Shown here: piece by piece, positions 50,060-61,479 of the stretch | How positions within the stretch are numbered: position 1 is the stretch's first letter | How the letters are laid out: each line of letters starts with the position of its first letter | Assembly (NCBI RefSeq): GCF_030684315.1 | Contig: NC_081362.1 | Span: 97,649,323 to 97,713,322 of the forward strand | DNA: 64,000 nt | Source: Stegostoma tigrinum | Taxonomy: Eukaryota | Reading direction: 5' to 3' | Notes under the pieces: model-generated | Seen by the model: only the letters and a program-made list of their open reading frames with translations | Database searches by the model: none | Told to the model about the DNA's origin: nothing | Position numbers and translations under genes: made by a program

Positions 50060-51050
50060 TTACCCCCATCCCCCTACACCCCCACCCCCACACACACTAC
50101 CCTCACCCTCCCCAACCCACACCCCCCATTCTAGCCCCCCCACCTCCCACCCCGCTATACCCACACCCCCAACACACCGACCCCACACTCCCCTCCCCCA
50201 CATACCTCCACCCCTACACTCCCCATACCTCACCACCAGCCTCCCCATGCCCACAACCCTCATTCCAGACCCCCACCACATACCCCCACACATACCTGTT
50301 CCCCACACCCCCAACCCTACATCCCCCACCCCCCACACCTGCACCCCTACACTCTCCTCTCCCCACAACCCAACCCCTACACCCCCAACACCTGCACCCC
50401 CACAATCTCCTCCCCCCACACCCACACCCCCATATCCCACCACCAGCCTCCACACCCCCACACCCTCCAATTCCAGCGTCCACACAACCCACACCCCCAT
50501 CCCCCACAGTCCCCTCCCTCCACACCCCGACCCCTACACCCCCCACACACCACACGCTCCACCACTACCTCCCCACCCCCATGACCCCCATCCCACCCCG
50601 CATGCCCCCAGCCCCACATACCCACACCCCACACACACCACCCCACATACCCCCACCCTCACACCCCTGCACACCCCCGCCGCTAAACCTAAACACCCGC
50701 ACCCCCAAACCCCATACCCCACACCCACATCCCCACACCCCACACACCCACCCACCACACGCCCACACCCCAACCCGGCACCTCCCACACCCCAACACCA
50801 ACGCGCCACCCCCATCCCCACACCCCCACCGCGCCACACTCCCCACACCCCACCCCCTACACCCTACACCCCCACCCCCATCCCCCACACCCCACCCCCA
50901 CCCCCTACCTCCCACACCCCAACTTCAACATGCCACCCCCCACTCGTCCACACCCCCACCACGCCACACCTCCCACATCCCCACCCCCCACACCCCCACC
51001 CCTACACCCCCCACACCCCCCAGCCCCACCTCCAACACTCCCCTCCCCCC
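50060..51050. repeat. C/A-rich low-complexity tract (G-rich on the gene sense strand)
   Basis: Direct inspection (cccacacc-like). Confidence 0.92.
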
Positions 51051-51599
51051 AACAAGGAGGGGGTTTGCTTTAATCATTCCGCTCTCAGTGATACTGCCTG
51101 CTTCAAATGCAGAAAGAGATGATTCCTCCCGTTGTGAAGGAACTCGCCAATAACTTCCCCAGGCACTGACTTTCTCTTTCCCCACTGATCTTTCATTCAC
51201 CTCCCTGGCCAGATTTGTCTATTTGCCTTTGAACAGCTCTGTCTCCAGCCTCCAGCTCCCTCTCAGGCTGAGTCTTCGCAACCACAACACCCCACCTGCT
51301 TCCAAACTAGGGCTCAGCCTCCTTCCTAGATCACAAAGTGTGGGGCTGGATGAGCACAGCAGGCCAAGCAGCATCTTAGCAGCATAAAAGCTGATGTTTC
51401 CAGCCTCAACCCCTCATCCAGCCCCACACTTTGTTATCTCGGATTCTCCAACATCTGCAGTTCCCATTATTTCACCCCCCTTCCTGCTGTTTTGTCTCTG
51501 GGGGCAATAAGGTCACTGAGCAGGGAGCTCAGAGCAGATTAATAACATCTGTAGGTACAGATTGATAAGGGACCAGTTCTGCTGCTGCTGCTGTGTGAG

Positions 51600-51960
51600 G
51601 ACAGAGAGAGACACAGAGAGACAGAGAAAGATGTGGTCATGGGGGATTGGAGGGGAGAAAGACGGAGACAGAGAGAGAAAGATGGAGAGAGAGAGCAAGA
51701 GATAGAGAAAGACAGGGAGAGAGAGAGAGAACGAGCGAGATTGAGAGAGAGAGAGAGACAGAGAAAGATGGGGAGAGAGAGAGAGACAAAGACGGAGACA
51801 GAGAGAGAGAGAAATGGAGACAGGGAGGGAGACAGAGAAAGTTGGAGAGAGAGAAAGATGGAGAGAGAGAGACTGAGAGAGAGAGTGAAAGACGGAGACA
51901 GAGAGAGAGACAAACTTGGAGAGGGAGAGCGAGAGAGAGAGAAAGATGGAGAGAGAGAGG
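51600..51960. repeat. (GA)n-rich microsatellite
   Basis: Direct inspection. Confidence 0.92.
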
Positions 51961-52449
51961 GAGCTGCTTTGCTTTTTTCACACTGACCCACTTGTCACAG
52001 AGACATCTGTTTATTTTCGTGGACAATATTGGAATTGCACAGCAACACAAGTCTCCACAGTACATTGCATTTCTATAGCACCGTTCACATCCTGAGGGTA
52101 CTTCAAAGACCTTTGCTGCTAGTTTTTAAGGGAAGTAGCGGTTGAGCTGCTGGAAAATGTCACAGCCAATTGGTGCACAGTCAGATCTCACATCGCACTG
52201 CCATAAAAGACAGACCATTTGCCCAATGATGGTGTGTGAAGAACCCACCCTCCATTATGTGCTTTAGACTCCAGAACAGTCCCACGCTGACCCATTGGCT
52301 CTCGGTGGTCTCCCTGATCTCACTACAGTCAATGTGGATTCAGGAAGGGGAGATTGTGCCTGACTGACCTGCTCTGGCAGGAAGCGTCAACCCAAAGCAA
52401 CTGTGGTATTGCCTGACAGCTTAACGATCGTTCATGAAGCCCCTTCCAA

Positions 52450-53108
52450 ACAAAGAAACAAAGAAACCTACAGCACAGGAACAGGCCCTTCGGCCCTGCA
52501 AGCCTGCGCCGATCAAGATCCTCTGTCTAACCTGTCATCTATTTTCTAAGGGTCTGTGTCCATTGGCTCCCTGCCCACCCATGTACCTGTCCAAATATAT
52601 CTTAAAAGACACTATCGTGTTTGCATCTACCACCTCCGCTGGCAACGCGTTCCAGGCGCCCACCACCCTCTGTGTAAAGAACTTTCCACACATATCTCCC
52701 TTAAACTTTCCTCCTCTCACTTTGAACTCATGACCCCTAGTAATTGAGTCCCCCACTCTGGGAAAAAGCTTCTTGCTATCCACCCTGCCTATACCCCTCA
52801 TGATTTTGTAGACCTCAATCAAGTCCCCCCTCAATCTCTGTCTTGCTAATGAAAATAATCCTAATCTACTCAACCTCTCTTCATAGCTAGCACCCTCCAT
52901 ACAAGGCAACATCCTGGTGAACTTCCTCTGCACCCTCTCCAACGCATCCACATCCTTTTGGTAATGTGGTGACCAGAACTGTACACAGTACTCCAAATGT
53001 GGCCGAACCAAAGTCTTATACAACTGCAACATGACCTGCTAACTCTTGTACTCAATGCCCCGCCCAGTGAAGGAAAGCATGCCATATGCTTTCTTGACCA
53101 CCCTATTA
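52450..53108 (-). mobile_element. Young CR1 3' fragment, same subfamily as 5160-6655
   Basis: Near-identical 3' end and tail; [15 protein letters not shown] motif. Confidence 0.92.
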
Positions 53109-53771
53109 ACCCACGACCACTTCCAACTAATTGGACAAGGACTGCAGTAGCAGTGTGTACTATCTACAAAGTGCACTCCAGAAATTCACTGAAGGTCCTC
53201 AGAAAGCACCTTCCAAACTTACAGCCACTTCCATCCAGAAGGACAAGGGCAGCAGATACACCACCCCCTGTTAGTTCCCCTCCAAGCCAGTCACCATTTT
53301 GACGTGGAAATAGATCGCCGTTCCATCAATGTCACTCGGACAAAATCCTGGAATTCTCTCCCTCAGGGTGTTGCAGCTGGGCTGCAGTGGTTTAATAAAA
53401 CAGCTCAACCCACCTTCTCAAGGGGCAATTAGGGATGGGCAATACATATTGGCCCGGGCAGTGACACACCCATTTCCTACAGTTGAATAATAAACAAGTA
53501 ACAATTTGACAAAGGACTCCAATAAACCCTGTGAGTTGAAATAGAAGCATTCCGGGTTTAGAATAGAGATCGGATATGAACAACACTCTAGGAAACACAG
53601 CACTGACTGAGAATAGTTTAAACAGATTAAACAGATACTGGAATTAATTGGTGATAAACGACCTTTTCCTGTTGTATATCTCTCTCCCGGCCCTGGCTGA
53701 AACTGCAAGTTCACGTTGTTCATGAACCAAACACATCACAGTTCACTCACTAAACTGAGGCCCATACTCAC

Positions 53772-53823
53772 TCGCAGTGACACAGAGGGACAGCACCATT
53801 CCTGGGAACACTCTACACATCAT
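53772..53823 (-). CDS. Leader (signal peptide) exon MMCRVFPGMVLSLCVTA
   Basis: ATG at 53823, 17 codons with a hydrophobic core, then A|GTGAGT consensus donor in phase 1. It joins in frame to the V exon at 49945. Confidence 0.75.
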
Positions 53824-53829
53824 TCCAGA

Positions 53830-53960
53830 GTACCAATCCCGTCAGTCCAGCTGCTGCACTTTACAGAAAACAAATCACGTGAACAAATGTAGCAGAGCCA
53901 GTGACGATGGTGCAATGATGGTGTATTTCTACACAACTACAGGAAGAGGAAGGAACTATT
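53830..53960 (-). promoter_or_regulatory. Candidate proximal promoter of the IgSF gene (E-boxes, ETS-like GGAA cluster)
   Basis: CAGCTG 53848-53853, CACGTG 53876-53881 and AGGAAGAGGAAGGAA from 53941, directly 5' of the leader ATG. Motif match only. Confidence 0.3.
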
Positions 53961-54489
53961 AAGGGAAGAATGATGTTCACAGACTCTCAAGAGATCTTTG
54001 AAATATCAATTCTCAATCCCAAGCCCGTAGGCTGCTCTGAGGATGGAGGGTAAAAGGACTTAGTGTCAATGTTCCTTCCCAAGATCAGGCATCCTGTGTC
54101 GCTGAGTGTGTGAGGTGCAGGGTGTGACAGCACTGTTCTTCACTGTTGTGACTCTCAAAGGGCTGCTCTCAGACACAATGTTCCGTCACTGGGTTCCTGG
54201 CTCTTTTACATCCCGTTGCGTTGGTGGGGGGAGGGTGCAAGGTGTTATCACTGGATACGTAACCCAGGCATCCATGAGCCTGGGTTCCTATCTCTTCATT
54301 CCAGAGAGTAGAATTTGAAGCTACAAAAGTCTGAAGGGAAATGTCTAATGGTGACCATGAATGTTTTGTTGCTGTTGTAAAGCCCCATCTGGAGCACTTG
54401 TGTCATTTCAGGAAGGAAATGTGTTTGTCTGACAGGAATGTTTCTCCAGAACCACAACAATGTGTTTTTATTCACAGGGGATAGGAGAG

Positions 54490-55850
54490 TCGCTGGCTGT
54501 GTCAGCATTTATTGCCTGTCCCTCGTGGCCCTAGAAAAGGTGGTGCTGAGCTGCATTCTCAAACCGCTGCAGCTCACATTCTGTGGGTTGACCCACAATG
54601 CCCTTAGGGAGGGTATTCCAGGAATTTGATCCAGCAACAGTGAAGGAATGGTGATATATTGTAAATCAGGATGGTGGGTGGTTTTGAGGGGAACTTGCAG
54701 GTGGTAGTGTTCCCATATATTTGCTGCCCTTTTCCTTCTAGATGGAAAGTGGTTGTGTGTTTGGAAGGTGCTGTCTGAGGACCTTTGGTGAATTTCTGCA
54801 GTGCATCTTGTAGACAGTACACACTGCTGCGACTGAGTGTCGGTGGTGGGGGGAGTGGGATGTTTGTGGATGTGATGCCAATCAAGCGGCTGCTTTGTCC
54901 TGGATGGTGTCAAGCTTCCTGAATGTTGTTGGGGCTGCACCCATCCAGACAAGTGGGGAGTGCTCCATCACACTCCTGACTTGTGCCTTGTAGATGGTGG
55001 ACAGGCTTTGGGGAGTCAGGAAGTGAGTTCCTCACTGCAGGATTCGCAGCCTCGGACCTGCTGTTGTAGCCATTGCGTTTATACAGCTAGTCACTTAACT
55101 TTCTGGTCAATGGTAACCTCCAGGATGTTGAAAGTGATAGCTAAATGATCCCACAATAAATGGATCAGATCTAAGCTCTGTGGTCCTGCCACATCCAGTT
55201 GTGAATGGTGGTGGACAATTAAACAACTCACTGGAGGAGGAGTCTCCACAAATGCCCCCGTCCTCAATGATGGAAGAGCCCAGCACATCAATGCAAAAGA
55301 TCAGGCTGAAGCATTCGCAGCAATCTTCAGCCAGAAGTGCTGAGTGGGTGATCCATCTCGGCCTCCTCCAGTGGTCCCCAGCATTAGAGATACCAGTCTT
55401 CAGCCAATTCGATTCACTCTATATAGTATCAAGAAACGGTTGGAGACACTGGATACTGCAAAGACTGTGGGTCCTGACAACATTCCAGCAATAGTACCGA
55501 AGACTTATGTTCCAGAACTTGCTGTGCCCCTAGCCAAGATTTTCCAGTACAGTTACAACACTGGGATCTACCTGGTCATGTGGGAAATTGTCCAGATATG
55601 TCCTGTACACAAAAAGCAGGACAAATCTAACCGGCCAATTACTGCCCCATCAGTCTCCCCTCAATCATCAGTAAAGTGATGGAAGGTGTCAGTAACAGAG
55701 CTATCAAGCAGCACCTGCTCAGCAATAACCTGGTCAGTGACGCCCAATTTGGGTTCCGCCAGGGCCACTCAGTTCCTGATCTCATTCCAGCCTCGGTTCA
55801 AACATGGACAAAAGAGCTGAATTCCAGAGGTGAGGTGAGAGTGACAGCCC
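54490..55850. mobile_element. L2/CR1-superfamily LINE with 5' inversion (minus ~54490-55130, plus ~55140-55850)
   Basis: The 3' region is on minus. GPDNIP..ELAVPL and SDAQFGFRQGHS are on plus, matching 13814-14059 in the opposite orientation. Confidence 0.75.
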
Positions 55851-56149
55851 TTTGTCTTTTCAGCAATGGTTAGAAACTAATGTAACAGATATTTGGGTGA
55901 GGTATTGCTCATTAAACAAGTGAAGGAAAACACCAGGTTCCAGTTGACAATGAAGACATGGCACTGGAATCTGTGAAGAATTTCTTGCAGGTGACAGAAT
56001 TGTCCTTGACAGGGGAAGATTCAATACCCAGGCATTATGAAACTTGCTGCCTGAGCGCAGAAGCTTGATATAGTGAAGGTAATAGCACAGCATTTCAGTT
56101 TAGGGACTATACAAGAGAGAACAGGGATTCTGTGGAAAAACATTCGAAT

Positions 56150-56800
56150 CAGCTGATGTTCAGTCACAGCTGAAGCCGTTTGAACATGTCGAGAAAATGG
56201 AGAAACTGGAGATGGGATTCCAAAAGGAAGAAAATTGCAATTTCAGAGCAAAAGAAGGGGAATGGAATTGTAAAGAATGGAGAAACTGGAATGATAATTG
56301 CAAATAGAGCATAAATCAAGATAACGTGAATACGAACTGTAAATGAAGCAGCTGAAGTGGCAGGTTTGAGATACTGAAGGAGTGGGAGAAAGCAGACAGG
56401 ACATTGTTCACACAGAGTACATCGACAGGGAAAGCCATACCGTCTGAGAGGGTCTCCCAGCAGGACAACATGGTGAAAAAGGCTGTACACGAGTTTGTGC
56501 CTGAGGGAAATAACCAAAAGATCCATCATTTCCATACACAGCCTGAGCAAACCTGTATGGAATTTGAGAGAATTGATCAAACCAACTTCAACAGGTGTAT
56601 ACAAACGTCAAAAGCTGAAACTATGTACAAAGCTGTCAGAAAAGCTACACTCTTCAAAGAAGTTAAAAACTCACTGCTGTCTGTCGTGAGAAGTCATGTT
56701 CAGGGTCAAAGGATTGCTCCTGCCAAACAGGCACAAGCCCTGGCTGGTGATTCTGAGCTGAGCGAGAAAATGAAGTTCCTTTTCTGTCACCTCCGTAAAT
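56150..56800 (+). mobile_element. Decayed Gypsy (Gmr1-like, SCAN-related) gag remnant
   Basis: EFVPEGNNQKIH..Q.EQT..EFER..F.R...LFKEVKNSL..VRSHV resembles the LVPEAYRQKFR..LLEEFKNSL gag pattern; recognised from memory, not by search. Confidence 0.6.
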
Positions 56801-57759
56801 TCGAAAGGCATAGAAAATGGATGAGTGAAAGGCAGGTCGTCCAAGGTAAGGAATGCAGAGCTGGGAATGCCTCAAGGTCTCTCAGCTCAGAAAGGCTTGA
56901 GAATCTTGGAGCATTGAGAGCGGATCTGAGGCAAGGGCAAGGGGAATGCTTGTGATTGTGGTTCGGAAGTGATTAAACTAAATTGGTGGGGGCTTAACAG
57001 CAACATATTGAAGACGTAAAGAAGAGCAGTGAACGTTCAAGAACAAAAACATTGGACAGTACTGGTGAAGCAAGTAATTACAGAGGAGTCAGGAGCACAG
57101 CCAATAAGATACAGGAGCAGAAACAAGCCATTCAGCCCATCGAATCTGCGCTGCTAATCAGTGAGAGTGTGGCTGATCTAATCATTCTCACCTCCATTTT
57201 TCCTGTCTTTTCCCATAACCCACAATCCCTTCACTGATCAAAAATCTCTCTCGGCTTTAAATATACTTTAAACCCAGCTTCGAAAGCTCTCTATGGTAAA
57301 GAATTGCACATATTCACTACCCTCTGAGAGAAGGGATTCTTCTTCATCTCTATGTGAACTGTGTGATTCCTTAGTCTGTGATGATGCTGCCTGGTCGCAG
57401 ACTCTCCCACAGGAAAACTACCTTTGCCAATCTCCCATCTCCAGGCCGATGACTTTCTTCATAATCAGCTCGAACATTTTCCCAGGAACAGACATGAAAC
57501 TAAGTAACCTCGAGTTCACTGTTTTCTCTCTCCTTCTGCCCCTTTTACATACTGGTATGACATCAACCGGTTCCAATCCTGAATCAAAGGATCCTCACCG
57601 GTTCCTCAGACGTTGTTATCAGTGTCTCCACTGTTTCTGTCGCTGTCTCATGTAATACACAAAGATGCATCCCATCAGGTCCAAGGGACTTTATCTGACT
57701 TTAGACAGATTACTGTCCTAAGCACCATTTGTTCAGTGATAGTTTTTGCGTTTCAGAGT

Positions 57760-58530
57760 CATGGCCATAGAGTGGTACAGCATGGAAACAAAGCTCTCAG
57801 ACCAGTGTACCTGTGCTGACCAGATCTTCTAATTTAAACCCATCCCGTTTTCCAGCATTTGGCACATATCCCTCTGAACCTTTCTATTCATGTACCCTTC
57901 CAGATGCCTTTGAAATGTTGTCATTGTACCAGCCTGCACCACTCCCTCTGGCAGCTCATTCTATGAATGCGTCAGGGTCTCTGTGGAAAGGTTGCCCCTT
58001 AGGTCCCTTTTAAATCTTGCCCCTCTCACCTTAAACCTGAGCCCCCCTTGCTTTTGGACTCTGCTCCCCTGGGGAAAAGGCCTTGGTTAATCACCCTATC
58101 CATGCCCCTCATGGTTCTATAACCCTTCATAAGGTCACCCCTCAGCCTCCGACACTCCAGGGGAAATACCCCCTGCCTATTCACCCCCTCCCTATGGCTC
58201 ACATCCTCCACACCTGGCAACATCCTTGTAAATCTTTCCTGAGCCCTTTCAAGTTTCATGACACCCTTCCTACAGCAGGGAGGCCAGAAATGTATGGAGT
58301 GTTCCAGAAGTGGCCTAACCAGTGTGCTGTACAGCCGTTACATTACACCCCAATGCATATCGTCAAATGCACTGACCCATAAAGGTAAGAGCATCGACTG
58401 CCTTCTTCGCCAGCCTGTCTTCCTGGGACTACTTTCAGGGAATTGTGAACCCGCACTCCAAGGTCTCTTTGTTGAGCAACACATTCCCAGGACCTTACCG
58501 GTGACTGTATAATTCCTGCCCTGATTTCAC
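57760..58530 (-). mobile_element. Degenerate CR1 3' fragment
   Basis: [24 protein letters not shown] motif. Confidence 0.8.
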
Positions 58531-58772
58531 CTCTCACCTTTCACACTTTCTAATTTAATCATTTGAGAAGGTTCTTACTGTCCTCACTGTAATGACTGGT
58601 ACAACTCCTCTGCCATTTCCTGCTTCCCCAATATTATTTCCCAGCCTCTCTCTCTAAAGAGCCTATCGTCACTTTAGCTGGTGCTTTATTCCTGGCATCG
58701 GTGGAGGAGAGGTTACATTCTGCCTGAATTGGCAGGTCGACGAAATGGAGCCATGATGATAGCAAAGGCCCA

Positions 58773-59250
58773 GTTACTCATCTGGTGTTACTCATCTGCA
58801 GTTACTCATCTGGTGTTACTCTTCTGCAGTTACCCATCTGGTGTTACTCTTCCGCAGTTACACATCTGGTGTTACTCATCTACAGTTACTCATCTGGTGT
58901 TACTCATCTGCAGTTACTCCTCTGGAGTTACTCATCTGCAGTTACTCAGCTGCAGTTACTCTTCTGGTGTTACTCATTTGGTGTTACTCTTCTGCAGTTA
59001 CTCATCTGGTGTTACTCCACTAGTGTTACTCATCTGGTGTTAATCTTCTGCAGTTACTCAGCTGGTGTTACTCACCTGCAGTTACTCATCTGGTGTTACT
59101 CATCTGCAGTACTCATCTGGAGTTACTCATCTACAGTTACTCATCTGGTGTTACTCATCTGCAGTTACTCATCTGGTGTTACTCATCTGGTGTTACTCAT
59201 CTGGTGTTACTCATCTGCAGTTACTCATCTGCAGTTACTCATCTGGAGTA
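58773..59250 (+). repeat. 14-bp minisatellite (gttactcatctggt / gttactcatctgca)
   Basis: Direct inspection. Confidence 0.95.
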
Positions 59251-59727
59251 ACACTGAGGCCAGAGACTGTGGTGTTTCTTTGCTGGATGATGTTCCAGCT
59301 CTCCCATCAATGATGGCTCACCCATGAATTTTGTCAAGGGTCTCATCACAACACTGAAGGAATGGTGACAATATGTGGGAATGAAATCCACGACAGTGAC
59401 AGTGAAGGAACAGTAATATATTCCCAAGTCAGGATGGTGAGCGGCTCGGAGGGGAACTTGCAGGGGGTGATGTTCCCATGTCCCTGCTGCCCTTGTCCTT
59501 CTCAATGGAAGTGGTCGTGGGTTTGGAAGGTGCTGTCTGAGAGTCTTTGGTTAATCTTGTAGATAGAATTGGAGGTGCGGGTGTTGGACTGGAGTGGACA
59601 AAGTCAGAATTCAGATGACACCAGGTTATAGCCGAACAGGTTTATTTGAAATCACAAGGTCTCAGGCTGTTGTTGCTGAAGTGAGGTCCTGAAAGCTTGT
59701 GATTTCAAACAAATCTATTAGACTATA

Positions 59728-61307
59728 GGGATCGTAGGAACTGCCGATGCTGGAGTCACAGGTAATGAGGAGTAGAGCTGGATGGACACAGTAGGCCAAG
59801 CAGCATCAGAGGAGCAGGAAAGCTGGCGTTTCGGGTCTCAACCCTTCTTCAGAAATAGGGAATGGAAAGGGGGGTCTGAAATAAATAGGGAGAGGGGGAG
59901 ACGATGCTAGAAGGTGGATAATGGAGCAGATAGGCTGGGAGAAGACAGGCAGGTAAAGCAGGCGGGATGAAGCTAGTAAAAGTGAGTGTCGGTAGGAAGT
60001 TGGAATGGGGGTTGGCCAGTGAAGAGGGAGGGGCAGACAGGTGGGAGGGAAGACGGACAGGTCACGGAGGCTGGAATGAAGGTAGTAAAGGTGATGGCAG
60101 GTAGGGAGTTGGGGTGGGCGTTGTGTCAGTGAGGTGGGAGGAGTGGAGAAGTGGGAGAGAAAACTGACAGGTCAAGGAGGTGGGGACAAGAGGAGCTGGT
60201 CTTGGGATGAGGTCGGGCTTGGGGAGATTTTGAAGCTAGTAATGTCCACATTGAGACCATTGAGTTGTAGGATTCCAAGGAGGAATATGAGGTGCTGTTC
60301 CTTCAGTTTCTGGGTGGCATCGTGTGACACTGGAGGACGCCCTGGATGGACATGTTGTCCAAGGAGTGGGAGGGGGAGCTGAAGTGGCTCGTGACTGGAT
60401 GGTGTTGATGTTTGTCGCAAACAGAGCACAGACACTCTACAAAGCGGCCTCTGAGCCTCTGCTCGGTATCCCCGATGTAGAGGAGGCCACATTGAGAACA
60501 GCGGATACAATATGCCACATTATAGGATGTGCAGGTGAACATCTGATTGATGTGGAAGGTTTTTTTGGAGCCTGGGATGGGGGTGAGGGGGGAAAGGTAT
60601 AGGGACAGGTGCAGCACTTCCTGAAGTTGCAGGGAAAGGTGCTGGGATTGGTGGGACTAGTGGGGAGTGTGGAGCTGACAAGGGAGTATGGCGCTGATGG
60701 GGAGAGTGCAGGGAAGTGGAGTTGAAATGCCCATCAGCCATGATTAAATGGCTGAGTGGACTTGATGGGCCAAATGGCCTTACTCCCACTTCAATGTCTT
60801 ATGGTCTTATAGTCTTATGGAGTCATGGAGAGAGCGGTCCCTCTGGAAAGCAGGTAAGGGTGAGGAGGGAAAAATGTTGTTGGTGGTATCGGATTGCAGG
60901 TGGCGGAAGTGACAGAGGATGATGCGTTGGATCCAAAGGTTGGTGGGGTGGTAGGTGAGGATGAGGGGAATTCTGTCTTTGTTGTTATTGCAGGGAAGGG
61001 GTGTGAGGGTTAAGGTGCGGGAAACGCAAGATATGCAGTCAAGAGCATTTGTGGCCACCCTTGGGGTGGGGGGGATATTGCGGTCCTCGAAAAATTAGCA
61101 CATCTGGAATGACCCGGAGCGGAATTCCTCATCTAAGGTGCAGATGGGGGGGGAATGGAGGAATTGGGAATAGGGGCTCGCATTCTTGCAAGAAGGACTG
61201 CAATATCGTGTCACCCCATTAACCTTCGGATTCAATGAAATCAGCTTTCCTGCTCCTCTGGTGCTGCCTGGCCTGCTGTGTTCCTCCAGCTCCACACTGT
61301 GTTATCC
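59728..61307 (-). mobile_element. Divergent Penelope element nested in a palindromic short element
   Basis: VAYCIRCSQCGLLYIGDT motif; ttagactata on both flanks. Host arms gatgacaccaggttatag / ctataacttggtgtcatc. Confidence 0.82.
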
Positions 61308-61479
61308 CTGTTAGACTATAACTTGGTGTCATCTGGTAACATTGGCCACTTTTCACTGCGCTCCTGTGCTTCTGTACTTGAGTACTCAGGAAAATAAAAT
61401 CTAAAATTTAAATCATTTTGACATTTCCTGTTGGAAATGAAGTGTTTAATAGTTAAAATCTACACAAATCCCTGCACAT

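Larger units (their letters stand above)
18455..53823 (-). other. Gene model: non-rearranging antigen-receptor-like IgSF receptor, L-V-VJ-TM(Arg)-cyt(2 ITIM-like)
   Basis: Six same-strand exons in the expected order with canonical AG/GT boundaries. Phases: L ends 1; both V exons 1-1; TM enters 1; short exon 1-0; last exon enters 0. There is one 1-nt frame discrepancy in the TM exon. Joining both V exons in one transcript is inferred. Confidence 0.7.

Noticed and set aside
50011-51153. 380-aa Pro/His/Thr-rich extensin-like ORF
   Set aside because: C-rich simple sequence, open in several frames on both strands.
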